A stretch of DNA of 64,000 bases from a virus. Position 1 is the first letter of the stretch. Each line of letters starts with the position of its first letter. Below, piece after piece: positions 1-9,194 of the stretch. Where the stretch lies: IMG/VR virus record IMGVR_UViG_3300023171_000011, positions 1 through 64,000 of that record. One strand, written 5' to 3'. The position numbers and the translations under genes were made by a program. The notes under the pieces were generated by a model. That model was not told the origin of the DNA. It ran no database searches and saw only the letters and a program-made list of their open reading frames with translations.

Positions 1-246
1 TTTTTCTGCACCCCTGTCTCCGTCGTTAATATGAGTTAAATCGGGATCGTTATCTTTTTTAAGTTCCCTAAAAATTGTAGATAATGATCTGGCTTCGTCA
101 GTTTCTTCCCTACCTGCGTAAGCACCACAATGACCGAATGCACAACAGTGACCATTATCGTCATTATAAACGCCCGTACCCCATTTATCTTCTGGAATAT
201 TATTGAACTTGTCAATATAATAATCCAATGTGTATTTAGTTTCCAT
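1..246 (-). CDS. hypothetical phage protein (partial, runs off window start)
   Basis: ATG at 246 reads METKYTLDYFIDKFNNIPEDKW..., open to position 1; not in ORF track. Confidence 0.6.
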   Translation of the reverse strand, partial: METKYTLDYYIDKFNNIPEDKWGTGVYNDDNGHCCAFGHCGAYAGREETDEARSLSTIFRELKKDNDPDLTHINDGDRGAEK

Positions 247-332
247 TTCTTTGCTATTATAAGCCCTTCTCAGGCATTTTAATTGTTTTGTTGATTAATT
301 ACTTGTCTTTGGTTTTTGTGCTCGTACACAGG

Positions 333-518
333 CTAATTATTGTCTATCTGATCACTTACATCTCTTAAACCAAACATTACCCCAATAGCCATTGCAAGAG
401 ATAAAGAATACCCAATAAAACACCTGATGTAAACAAAGTAAACGAACGAGATCCCTAAAATAACCAGAGCTATTAAAAGCCAGGTTAATTGCTGTTTTTG
501 TTTTCGTGTTGGTTTCAT
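333..518 (-). CDS. small 2-TM membrane protein
   Basis: Basic N-terminus then two hydrophobic segments; overlaps stop of upstream ORF. Confidence 0.6.
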   Translation of the reverse strand: MKPTRKQKQQLTWLLIALVILGISFVYFVYIRCFIGYSLSLAMAIGVMFGLRDVSDQIDNN

Positions 519-763
519 AACGGTATGCTTGTTATTAGTTTGCTCAATGAAGCTAATGTTGTCTTTGGCTTATCCTGTTTAGTGTTGTCAAATGGATTAC
601 ATTCTCCTTGGTCTTCAAGAAATTCAAGCACATCTTGAAAATCATGTAATTTAGGGCCATTCCAATTATGTAGGATTAAATCTACTAAGTGAGCACGATA
701 TTTATCGGCATTGTCAATGATAATGTTTGCTATTATCAATTGATTTTTGTTGTTGTTAGTCAT
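515..763 (-). CDS. hypothetical protein
   Basis: Tightly packed early cluster, A-rich leader. Confidence 0.6.
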   Translation of the reverse strand: MTNNNKNQLIIANIIIDNADKYRAHLVDLILHNWNGPKLHDFQDVLEFLEDQGECNPFDNTKQDKPKTTLASLSKLITSIPL

Positions 764-802
764 GGTTTTTGTGTTTATGTCGGCTAGTCGCCCTTGTTAG
801 AT

Positions 803-1036
803 TTATAAGTCATCCGCAGTATAAGCGAAGTCGCCCCATTCGTCTTGCTCTTCATATCGACCTCTGTATCTTTTTGGTAACTTGCCGTTATTGTATCCTA
901 ATGTTTTTGCGCTTATTACTTTACCTTCTGCTCGTTCGTTTGTATTACCGATGTATAAGGCATCACCTTCTTTTGTAACTCTTATTTTCTGACCTTCTTT
1001 TGTGATGTGTCGTAGGTTTGTTTTTTCTCTTTGCAT
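803..1036 (-). CDS. hypothetical basic protein (likely start MQREKT at 1036)
   Basis: A-rich leader precedes ATG at 1036; the upstream extension lies in a structured RNA region. Confidence 0.55.
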   Translation of the reverse strand: MQREKTNLRHITKEGQKIRVTKEGDALYIGNTNERAEGKVISAKTLGYNNGKLPKRYRGRYEEQDEWGDFAYTADDL

Positions 1037-1198
1037 GGTATGTTGTTTTGTTCTGTGACTGTTTTTAAGCCGATCTAATAAAGCGGAGGAGATCATCCGA
1101 CCGAGTGCCTCCGCTATCTAAATTAACGCTCTCAACGCCCTATATCCGCCCCGTAAATTAATACAGTCAGCGGATTAGGGTTTCAACTTGCGATTGAA

Positions 1199-1477
1199 TT
1201 ATTTTGAAGATGCCTTATTGAGCTTCTCTTTAAATTTACCGTTGTGGAAACATTCGCTATCCCATTTTAACGTTTTGTCAGGGTTTCTAATGAAAATCGT
1301 AAAAATACCCTTTGAACTAGTACAGTATTTGTCTTTATGGGTAATGTACATTAAATGGATAGCGTAAAGTTTACGCATCCACATTGTTCTGTCAATACTT
1401 ACATAAAATGGGAAGTAAGGCTTAATCAAGTAAGATATTATACAGATATTCAAAATTAGATTTATGTATTGAATCAT
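1199..1477 (-). CDS. hypothetical protein with N-terminal hydrophobic segment
   Basis: ORF track; overlaps neighbour by 4 nt. Confidence 0.55.
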   Translation of the reverse strand: MIQYINLILNICIISYLIKPYFPFYVSIDRTMWMRKLYAIHLMYITHKDKYCTSSKGIFTIFIRNPDKTLKWDSECFHNGKFKEKLNKASSK

Positions 1478-1779
1478 GATTTTCTATTAAGTTTCTCAAA
1501 GAACTGATTAACTCTATTTAGATGCTCAGGTTTAAAGGGAATAGAGAACACTTGATATTTTCCATGCCTGTCAGATTTAATAGACATTGAGTATTTGGTT
1601 ATGATCTCTTTCAACTCTGTCTGCATCCGGTTAAAGATTTCCAGGTTCGAGGTTTCAATTTTAAACGAGGTCTTGAGCGTGACCAAATTGGTTTCATCCG
1701 CTACAAGTTTCGTCTGTTTTTGCGCTTGTGTAGTCAGTACTATAAAAGCTAATAGGGTGGTAAGAAGTAATGTTTTCAT
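1474..1779 (-). CDS. secreted protein with Sec signal peptide
   Basis: MKTLLLTTLLAFIVLTTQA|Q, Bacteroidetes-style signal peptide followed by Gln. Confidence 0.65.
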   Translation of the reverse strand: MKTLLLTTLLAFIVLTTQAQKQTKLVADETNLVTLKTSFKIETSNLEIFNRMQTELKEIITKYSMSIKSDRHGKYQVFSIPFKPEHLNRVNQFFEKLNRKS

Positions 1780-1989
1780 GTGATTGTTATTTAAGTCCGT
1801 TTTTTATTTCTTCAATAGTCGCAGGTCTTTGTGTCCCGCTTGGTTTTGAAGTTTCGATTAATACAGTTATTGGATTCATGTTCTAAAATGTTTCGTCTGT
1901 TGAATCAATTGTTTTTGTATTGAAAATTGCATCATAGATAAGCCAAGCCCATCCAATGATAAATAAAAATGCTAGTGTGTACATAGGCT

Positions 1990-2304
1990 TTAAGAGTTAA
2001 TTAGGTTATACCATTTAATAAAATCAACAGTATCATCGTACGTGCATTCTATGTATCTTGGATTTAGATAAATACCTCCATCGCTAACAATACTAGCTGT
2101 TTCACTTATGTATCTGGGATATTCCGGCATATCGGTTATTTTGTCAATAACAGGCATTAGCCAATCCCAAGATGTTTTATAGTCATACCCACCGTATTTT
2201 AATGTATCAAAATCATACTTACTAAATGCCCAATCAGGAATTTGTCTTTTGGTATAATCAGGCCCCATAAACTCAGCTATCAATTTATTATTTTCTTCTT
2301 CCAT
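1990..2304 (-). CDS. conserved Bacteroidetes-phage hypothetical protein
   Basis: NKLIAEFMG...YKTSWDWLMPVIDKI...VDFIKWYN pattern recalled from Bacteroidetes phages. Confidence 0.7.
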   Translation of the reverse strand: MEEENNKLIAEFMGPDYTKRQIPDWAFSKYDFDTLKYGGYDYKTSWDWLMPVIDKITDMPEYPRYISETASIVSDGGIYLNPRYIECTYDDTVDFIKWYNLINS

Positions 2305-2306
2305 GA

Positions 2307-2585
2307 TTAATAATTTCCATTAATTGATTCAAAAATACATTCTGCAATTATCCAGCGCCCTTCATCTGTTTTTAAAAACTCTTCAAAGTCTGCGTAACCA
2401 TAATAAGCGCAAACATGATGATACATTGAATCATTATCATACTCGCTAAGATCAATTGTCATTTGAACAAAATCACCTTCAAAGTCTTTTTCTTTAAACT
2501 CGTAAACATCAGTAGATATTTGTCTGCCGTATTGTTCGGTGCTTGAATCGGTTAAAGTCCAAGTTATTTCTGTTTCTGTATTCAT
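2307..2585 (-). CDS. hypothetical acidic protein
   Basis: ORF track; packed cluster. Confidence 0.65.
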   Translation of the reverse strand: MNTETEITWTLTDSSTEQYGRQISTDVYEFKEKDFEGDFVQMTIDLSEYDNDSMYHHVCAYYGYADFEEFLKTDEGRWIIAECIFESINGNY

Positions 2586-2590
2586 TGTCG

Positions 2591-2776
2591 TTAAGGTTGT
2601 ACGGTTAAGAAGTTAAAAGCTGTAGACGTTTCCTCTATCGCCCTCCCATTAATCACTACAAAGAAGTTTTCGTTCGTGTCGTAATAAAACCGGTAAAGTG
2701 TTTCATGCTTACACTCGCCATTGTCTGCGTCCTCTTCGGGTCTTAAAATGGCGTAGATTTTAATCTTCTTACTCAT
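2591..2776 (-). CDS. hypothetical protein
   Basis: ORF track; ATGA overlap. Confidence 0.55.
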   Translation of the reverse strand: MSKKIKIYAILRPEEDADNGECKHETLYRFYYDTNENFFVVINGRAIEETSTAFNFLTVQP

Positions 2777-3069
2777 GATGGATAGTTGCCAAGTTCAAAT
2801 AATAGGGTTTCTTCAAGTTGAATTATTTCTCCGTCTCTAGGGTCTTTCATTTCATTAACATAGTATAGTCGGATGTTTCTTTTGCCCTCCTTGAATAACT
2901 TATCCGTACAATTATATGCTTCAAAACTAGCTTTATTGTAACTTTCTGTAACTGGAAAATGAAAGTCGTTTCCATCTGTAAATACATGAAAGTGAGCGAA
3001 CTCTTCGCCCTTAATCATTTGCGGAATTACATTGCTAGTTGTCATTGTTGTACTGGTTAAGGTTATCAA
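2773..3069 (-). CDS. hypothetical protein (start uncertain)
   Basis: ORF track. Confidence 0.6.
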   Translation of the reverse strand: MITLTSTTMTTSNVIPQMIKGEEFAHFHVFTDGNDFHFPVTESYNKASFEAYNCTDKLFKEGKRNIRLYYVNEMKDPRDGEIIQLEETLLFELGNYPS

Positions 3070-3334
3070 TAAATTCTTTCAGTTTACTAAGCGTTATAAA
3101 GGCTTCTCCGCCTGTATCTACGCTATCAATGATATATCCGCTACCATAATAACTATCGTTCCTTACAAACGACCAATCATAACCCTGATAAGTACTTATA
3201 TCTTCGTTAATAGACGCTTTGATAAATTCAATTGATCTACCGTAATTGTCGGCAATTGCTTCTATATTACCGTTAAATTCAGTTTCTAATTCTGTCTTTA
3301 ACTCTTGTGCTGTTTTTTGTGAGTAAGTTTTCAT
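3035..3334 (-). CDS. hypothetical protein (start MKTYSQK)
   Basis: ATG at 3334 immediately follows stop of upstream gene. Confidence 0.6.
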   Translation of the reverse strand: MKTYSQKTAQELKTELETEFNGNIEAIADNYGRSIEFIKASINEDISTYQGYDWSFVRNDSYYGSGYIIDSVDTGGEAFITLSKLKEFIDNLNQYNNDN

Positions 3335-3335
3335 A

Positions 3336-3818
3336 TTAATAAAGTCTGCCGTCAGATAAAAATTCATATTCATTATTCTCAATCATATCCAAAATACCTT
3401 TTTCGCTTATCTCATAGGCGTATTGATTTTGAAGCATATCTAAATAACACGAAGATAAACCTCTTTTGTATGATTGCATAAGTTCGTAGTCGTCGCCCTC
3501 ATATCTGTCTAAAATATCTAAGCTGTTTAATGTGTCTAATCTTTTTTTAAATTCAAATGCTACTTTGTACGTTTCGCATTCTTGACCATGATTAACTAAA
3601 ACCGCCTCGATACTGTCCGATAATGTTTTAGATAAAGTAGTTTTTAATATGTGATTATCTAAATCTATCTCATTTAACTCTAACCCTATTTGCTCGGCAT
3701 CCTCATTGAATTGCCAGTAGTTAAACTCTAGAGTATCTCTAAACATTTCAATTATTCTGTCCTGATAAACTTTTGATAACTCTTCAAATTTGTAAACTTT
3801 AGTTCTTACTGTTCTCAT
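3336..3818 (-). CDS. conserved phage early protein
   Basis: MRTVRTKVYKFEELS...NEYEFLSDG pattern typical of phage early-region families. Confidence 0.7.
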   Translation of the reverse strand: MRTVRTKVYKFEELSKVYQDRIIEMFRDTLEFNYWQFNEDAEQIGLELNEIDLDNHILKTTLSKTLSDSIEAVLVNHGQECETYKVAFEFKKRLDTLNSLDILDRYEGDDYELMQSYKRGLSSCYLDMLQNQYAYEISEKGILDMIENNEYEFLSDGRLY

Positions 3819-3860
3819 GTTGTTTTTGCGCCTGTTATGGTCTGCGCCTGACTTTAAGTA

Positions 3861-4115
3861 TTAGTAAATTGAAATATAAATTGCTAAATTATCGATGAAG
3901 TAAAATTCAAGTGTGTACATATTTCTAGCGATTGTTTCGCTGTTATCTCTATAGTCCTCTAAAACATCCTCTTTATCTAAAGATACGTACCATTGATTTA
4001 CGCCATTTTCTTCCATATTATCGCAGGCTTCGCTAAAATCCATATCTTTTGTTAATTCAGTGCCAAAAGAAGTATTAAAGCCCTCTATGCTTATAGTTGT
4101 AAATTCTGTGTTCAT
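3861..4115 (-). CDS. hypothetical acidic protein
   Basis: ORF track. Confidence 0.6.
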   Translation of the reverse strand: MNTEFTTISIEGFNTSFGTELTKDMDFSEACDNMEENGVNQWYVSLDKEDVLEDYRDNSETIARNMYTLEFYFIDNLAIYISIY

Positions 4116-4227
4116 GTTAATATGATTTATTTAGCCCTTAAAGCATTTTTAATCACTTCTAAGCGACTTTCTGTTAATTGATAGGTATTGTGTTGGTTAA
4201 TTAGTTTGAGAGCGTTAGAAGGGTTAA

Positions 4228-4629
4228 TTATGGATGTGCGCTAACGATAGTATAAGTGCTTAAACCCTGTAACTCTGCTATTTTTGTAATAGCCTCATTT
4301 GTTTGTCCTGTGCCTGATAAACCATCTACTTCAAACCCTGCGCTTGTCAATGCCTCTGAAAGTGCTGCGCTTTCTCTGTGATAACCGTATCCGCTTGCTT
4401 TACCGCTACCGTTAAAATGAGTGCCCTTAAGACTTCCCCATACGCAGCAATAAGTAGTACTTTGAGTAGAATAGAACCTAACTGATAATGGTTCGCTAAA
4501 GCCCTTCGCAAAGTCGTTTATTTTGTCAGCATCAAAAGACACGATAGTTTGTGAACCTGTAAAGTGATTTTCTTTTCTGTAAGAAGATTTGATGTTGTTG
4601 TCTGATAATTTGTTGATAGTAATTTTCAT
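4228..4629 (-). CDS. conserved phage early protein
   Basis: GSGKASGYGYHRESAALSEAL glycine motif recalled from phage early proteins. Confidence 0.7.
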   Translation of the reverse strand: MKITINKLSDNNIKSSYRKENHFTGSQTIVSFDADKINDFAKGFSEPLSVRFYSTQSTTYCCVWGSLKGTHFNGSGKASGYGYHRESAALSEALTSAGFEVDGLSGTGQTNEAITKIAELQGLSTYTIVSAHP

Positions 4630-4647
4630 AATCGCAAGTATTTATAG

Positions 4648-5085
4648 TTAATTGTTTTTGTAGTTATTGATTGCTTGAATAGTTTGTGTTAATGTTAACC
4701 GTTCGCTCCCGATTTCATTACTCATATAACGCCAATCGGTGTCGTCTGCATCCATGTAACCAACGGTAAAGTGATTTAACTCTTTAGTCGGGAACCAAAC
4801 ACGAAGCGTAACCCCATATTCAAATTCATGAGAGATAGATAAACCTTCGTCGTTTCTTTCTGTACTCGTATAAAACTCTAGTCCTGTGCTCTCAAACAAC
4901 TTGTAAGCGATTGTAACGAGTCCGAACGGCTCAGCGTCTAAATAGTATTCAAACGTATATCCGAGGGCTTCACAACGCTTTAAAACGTCCTGTAATTGTT
5001 TGTAGTCTGCGCCCTCATTTAAGTCAGCTAAAACCGCCTGTACATTTGCAGGGATTAAATCGGGTGTTTCGAATAGGTCTTTCAT
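4648..5085 (-). CDS. hypothetical protein
   Basis: MKDLFETPDLIP...GYTFEYYLDAEPFGL pattern; TAATG coupling. Confidence 0.7.
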   Translation of the reverse strand: MKDLFETPDLIPANVQAVLADLNEGADYKQLQDVLKRCEALGYTFEYYLDAEPFGLVTIAYKLFESTGLEFYTSTERNDEGLSISHEFEYGVTLRVWFPTKELNHFTVGYMDADDTDWRYMSNEIGSERLTLTQTIQAINNYKNN

Positions 5086-5291
5086 TAGTTCTCAATTAAA
5101 TCAAGGTTATCACAATATTCATTTAGGTATTCTTTAGCTTGCTGAATAGTTTCAGGCGACCAATGTAATTCACTAGGGTATGGCTGACCATCTTCATTTT
5201 CGCTGTAGATAAGCTTTGTGTAAGTAAGCAATTCGGCATCTGTACTAAATTGCTTCTCAATTCCATCAATGTTTGTTACTGTGTATTTCAT
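5085..5291 (-). CDS. hypothetical protein
   Basis: ORF track; translationally coupled. Confidence 0.6.
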   Translation of the reverse strand: MKYTVTNIDGIEKQFSTDAELLTYTKLIYSENEDGQPYPSELHWSPETIQQAKEYLNEYCDNLDLIEN

Positions 5292-5381
5292 GATTGTAAG
5301 TTTTGAATATTATTATGAGTAATGATTAATAAAACAACGAACAAAACGAATGCTGTTAATAAGACGAGGTTAAACCGTTTG

Positions 5382-5582
5382 CTAGTCATGGTTAGTTGAT
5401 TTTATATTATTGTTTAAAGTTTCGAATAAGGCTTCCCGTATGTTTTCTTCACTTGCATGCTGATTGTAAGCTAAGCTAATTGCACTAGCGATAACATTAA
5501 AATCATCTTGAAGCTGACCCTCATCACCATACAATATTTGAGATATAATCTGTTCTTTGGTTGTTAATTCGTAGTTTTTCAT
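5382..5582 (-). CDS. hypothetical protein, first gene of the early operon
   Basis: ATG about 20 nt downstream of the twister ribozyme. Confidence 0.6.
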   Translation of the reverse strand: MKNYELTTKEQIISQILYGDEGQLQDDFNVIASAISLAYNQHASEENIREALFETLNNNIKSTNHD

Positions 5583-5602
5583 AATGATTTAAGTTTACAA
5601 TT

Positions 5603-5666
5603 TAAGCTACTCTCTATTTATACTGGCTTGTAACAGTTCACCACAATGGTAAGCTAGATTGGCTTA
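5603..5666 (-). ncRNA. type-P1 twister self-cleaving ribozyme
   Basis: Minus strand UAAGC-CAA-UCUA-GC-[UUACCA UUG UGGUGA]-ACUG-UUACAAGC-CAGU-AUAAA-UAGA-GAG-UA-GCUUA gives P1, L1, P2, P3, P4, L4 and both pseudoknots (UAC/GUA, GC/GC). Confidence 0.9.
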
Positions 5667-5906
5667 TATAATGCACATTTAGACTGTCGGAATGCATTTC
5701 CTTATCGGGTATTAATACCGCCCGTTGCGGAATGACCTTTATACAGTTGCCTATCTGTTTTGTTGAATCAAATATCAATCTAATAACAACACCAACCAAA
5801 TAAAAGACACGACTTTTTTAATTTCGCGTATAAATACCTGTAAGTGATTTAGGACACTTTTATGCTCACATACGTGTTATGTTAAATAAAGCCGTATATT
5901 AGCAAA

Positions 5907-6410
5907 ATGGAAGATTTAATATTATATAAAGAAAAGCTAGATAAAAAGTCTATTTTAAATGAAAATACGAAATGTATTGAATGGACTGGCAGCAAAAGAA
6001 GAGGTTACGGAGCATTAAATTTTAGAGGCAAAAACAACTTTGCTCATAGAGTATCTTATATCGTTCATAAAGGAGAAATCCCAACAGGACTATTTATTTG
6101 TCATACTTGCGATAATAAAATTTGCGTGAACCCTGAACACTTATATGCTGGAACACCAAAACAAAACATGGAGGATAAAATGGAACGAGGCAGATTCTTT
6201 AACGGTCACTCCGCTAAAACACATTGCACTAATGGTCACGAATACACAGAAGAAAATACCCATTGGAGAAAGTCTGGTTCTAAAACATCAACACCATGGA
6301 GAGCGTGCAAAATATGCGCAGCAGAAAGAGGCAAGAAATGGAGAGATACACATGAGTATGTTAGACCAATTAAATCATGGTATATCAAAAAGAAAGATAG
6401 ACCACAATAG
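5907..6410 (+). CDS. HNH endonuclease (HNH_3 type) with C-terminal Zn-binding domain
   Basis: CIEWTG...GYG...AHRVSY...ICHTCDNKICVNPEHL...N; THCTNGHEY...CKIC. Confidence 0.9.
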   Translation: MEDLILYKEKLDKKSILNENTKCIEWTGSKRRGYGALNFRGKNNFAHRVSYIVHKGEIPTGLFICHTCDNKICVNPEHLYAGTPKQNMEDKMERGRFFNGHSAKTHCTNGHEYTEENTHWRKSGSKTSTPWRACKICAAERGKKWRDTHEYVRPIKSWYIKKKDRPQ

Positions 6411-6420
6411 CACTTAACGC

Positions 6421-7260
6421 ATTTTAACCCCAAATCAAACAAGTATAAATCAACCCAAATAACAACAATAACTATACTATTAAAAAAAATCGAGCACTAA
6501 CTCACATAGAAAGAACAGAACCCCTCTATCAGCGATTCCTTAGTGAACAAAACCACATTATAACTATAACACACCATATAACCCACACAACACACCAAAA
6601 CAATAACCAATACATTATACGTAACAAAACCAAACAATACAACCAAAACAACTTGTATATACAACCACCTAAATAACCAAACTTGTATACACAACTTAAT
6701 ACATGTCAAGCAAGTTTACATAAAAGAGATTCGGTAAGAGAGGATAACCCTCATCTCATTCCCTTGAATACGTGTTGTTTGCTGTTTAAACGGTGTTTCT
6801 TTGGTGTTAGGTTGATTGCTTGTTAGGTAGCCTTTAATGTATGTTCATTTGTCTAGTTAAACTTGTCTCCATACGGTGGGCGTAGTGTATTCACGATACT
6901 TTAAATGCCGTTTTGCTACGAGGTCACACCATGAGTTGTAAGGCAGTTTAACTGTGTGCCTTGACTACTAGACTATATTAATGAGATAACTCCTTATAAG
7001 CTATGTAATCGCTTCACTTGACAGGCAGCAGCACACATCACTATAACTAAGCGTCAGTACACACCAACCCATCAAACCAAACTGAACTACATTGCATTTA
7101 CTTTAGAACGACAAGCAAGGCACAGCACCCAACACAAACCAATATCATTTGGCAAATCAAGCCACCCCCATCAAAAGCAAACGATTCTCTTTGACCAGGG
7201 CACAGGCTTATTCGGGAGGGGTAATCCTGCTTCCAAGTGTGTGTAAAATTTTTTTATAAT
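6421..7260. other. strand-biased low-complexity non-coding region near the transcription divergence point
   Basis: Alternating A/C-rich and G/T-rich tracts; repeat AACTTGTATA(T/C)ACAAC at 6650 and 6680. Confidence 0.6.
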
Positions 7261-7373
7261 TTTTATTGGTGTAAAGGTTTCTGTAAGCTCATTGGATTCT
7301 AAGGGAAGCTAAAAAATGATAAATTGGGTTTAAATAGTATGTGCGCAATAGTTGATAATATTTTAGAAAAGTT

Positions 7374-7415
7374 GACCATCAGGGTGATGATTACGTGATA
7401 ACCGCCCTGATGGTT
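7374..7415. repeat. inverted repeat upstream of RepL-like gene
   Basis: GACCATCAGGGTG ... CGCCCTGATGGTT. Confidence 0.7.
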
Positions 7416-7506
7416 ACGGAAATTAGTTTTATTATTATTGGTAATATTAAAAATAAGCGTATCTTCGTTTTATAAAATGATTAACAATAACGGAATATTG
7501 ATTATT

Positions 7507-8013
7507 ATGGATAAAAAAGTAAAGAAGGTGAGTTATATTGATGGTCACCATTTGGATGGGGAGACGTTGATGCCTACGGTTAAGGATGTTGAGATAATGA
7601 TGTCTGGAACGAAGAGGTTTCATAACTGCTTGTATTTGATTTTGGGGTTAAGTAAATTGCAACGAGTTCTTATGGATTGGGTTAGTGAAGAAATGGACGA
7701 GAAGAATATTATCCGTAATGACAAATACGTTCGTGGGATGTTCATTAAGTTTATCGAGGATTTGATAATTGATGGTGAGAAGAAGACTTACAAGGATGAT
7801 AGCGTGAATAATGCGTTTCATGGGTTAAAGGTTGCTAATCTTTTGTTGCCTGTGGCTAAAGGTACATACCAGGTTAATCCTAATTATTACTGGAGTGGTA
7901 CGGATAAAGAGCGTATGGATGAAATAATGCTTAATATTCAATTTTCTAGTAAGGAGACTAATTTCAAGGTGTTGCCAGGAAGCAAGTATGAAGTAACAAG
8001 AAAAAAGAAATAA
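7507..8013 (+). CDS. RepL-like winged-helix replication/maintenance protein
   Basis: SVNNAFHGLKVANLL...KGTYQVNPNYYWSG motif typical of RepL family; start chosen at MDKK. Confidence 0.65.
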   Translation: MDKKVKKVSYIDGHHLDGETLMPTVKDVEIMMSGTKRFHNCLYLILGLSKLQRVLMDWVSEEMDEKNIIRNDKYVRGMFIKFIEDLIIDGEKKTYKDDSVNNAFHGLKVANLLLPVAKGTYQVNPNYYWSGTDKERMDEIMLNIQFSSKETNFKVLPGSKYEVTRKKK

Positions 8014-8014
8014 T

Positions 8015-8380
8015 ATGGAAAAAAGACTATTTGAAAAAGCATTTGAATTGCCGTTACAATTAGATGTTTGGGGTAAATTTGTGTTTGATAACAGTTTCAA
8101 TATGACGCTACAGTTTCCGGGGTCGGACCCAGATAATGTTAAAATTCAAAGAAAAATTATTGATTTGATCAACGGATATGCAATTGTAGGGAATGATCTT
8201 GGGTTTAACAATTTATCCTACATAAATGGAGATATTTTGAATGATGGAAAGCTTATTATGTTGATGAGGGGGTGGGGATATCTAACTGGTACTGGCGGTA
8301 TGAATCTTCAAGAATCAGAGGCTGCAGCTATTCAAGATGACCTGGCTGAGTTTATAATAGAAAAATTAAAAACAATATAG
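8015..8380 (+). CDS. conserved phage protein
   Basis: MRGWGYLTGTGGMNL...AAAIQD motif. Confidence 0.7.
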   Translation: MEKRLFEKAFELPLQLDVWGKFVFDNSFNMTLQFPGSDPDNVKIQRKIIDLINGYAIVGNDLGFNNLSYINGDILNDGKLIMLMRGWGYLTGTGGMNLQESEAAAIQDDLAEFIIEKLKTI

Positions 8381-8382
8381 AA

Positions 8383-8655
8383 ATGGAAAAATTAATAAGT
8401 TTAGCTAAAACATTATCTCATTTAAAAATCAGTACAGCCCAATTGGTTGCTGACCGTGAAACGATTAACGAGTATAGGGATGATATTGAAGCCTATAATG
8501 AAGAAACGAGTTTGGTTGTGTGTTGCAAGTACACTGCAGCTATATGGGAAGAAAACAAACCTCTAAAGCCAGTTCCGGTAACTTTATTTATCCAATTATA
8601 TGGAGTAAGTATTCTATTCACAGAAACAAAACAATTATGGGAAGTGGGAGAATAA
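8383..8655 (+). CDS. hypothetical protein
   Basis: ORF track; coupled to upstream gene. Confidence 0.6.
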   Translation: MEKLISLAKTLSHLKISTAQLVADRETINEYRDDIEAYNEETSLVVCCKYTAAIWEENKPLKPVPVTLFIQLYGVSILFTETKQLWEVGE

Positions 8656-9194
8656 TTGTTGAAATACCAAAAAACCAACAGATTAATCTTCATTTCCTAG
8701 ACTTTGATGGAAATCTTGAAGAGGGAACAATTCTTATGGGATATCACCTTAAGGATGCAGTTGAGCAATATTACGCTAACAACTTTAAAAATGGAGTAAC
8801 GATTACTTATAATGACTTAAACAACAATATGGAAAATCAAGAAACGCCTGAACAGGCACACGAAAACAAGTATCCGAAGACAGGTCAAGAATATTATGAT
8901 TACTTCGTTGAGCATGGGAGTCTTCCTCTTGAAGCGTTTAAAGAGGAAATGAAAACCATTTCGATAAGCGACAAAATTAGCCTCATAGACAGCTTATCTT
9001 TTATGGCTGGACAAGAGTTCACTGATGAGGTAAGTGGTGTCAGGAGAGGCTTGTTAAGCGTTGCTGAGCGTAAGAAACTGGCTGGTGTGGTAATCAAGTT
9101 GTCGGACCAGGTATTGGATGAGGTTTGTCCTGATGTTAATGCGCCTAAATATTCATCTGAGGACATTGCTAAAATCTTTAATGATGTTCAATAA
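8637..9194 (+). CDS. hypothetical protein (start uncertain)
   Basis: ORF 8520..9194; internal ATG chosen to limit overlap. Confidence 0.55.
   Translation: MGSGRIIVEIPKNQQINLHFLDFDGNLEEGTILMGYHLKDAVEQYYANNFKNGVTITYNDLNNNMENQETPEQAHENKYPKTGQEYYDYFVEHGSLPLEAFKEEMKTISISDKISLIDSLSFMAGQEFTDEVSGVRRGLLSVAERKKLAGVVIKLSDQVLDEVCPDVNAPKYSSEDIAKIFNDVQ

Noticed and set aside
6497-6709. 70-aa hydrophobic minus-strand ORF
   Set aside because: By-product of the A/C-rich low-complexity tract (Val/Leu/Cys from GT-rich codons); no credible start context.
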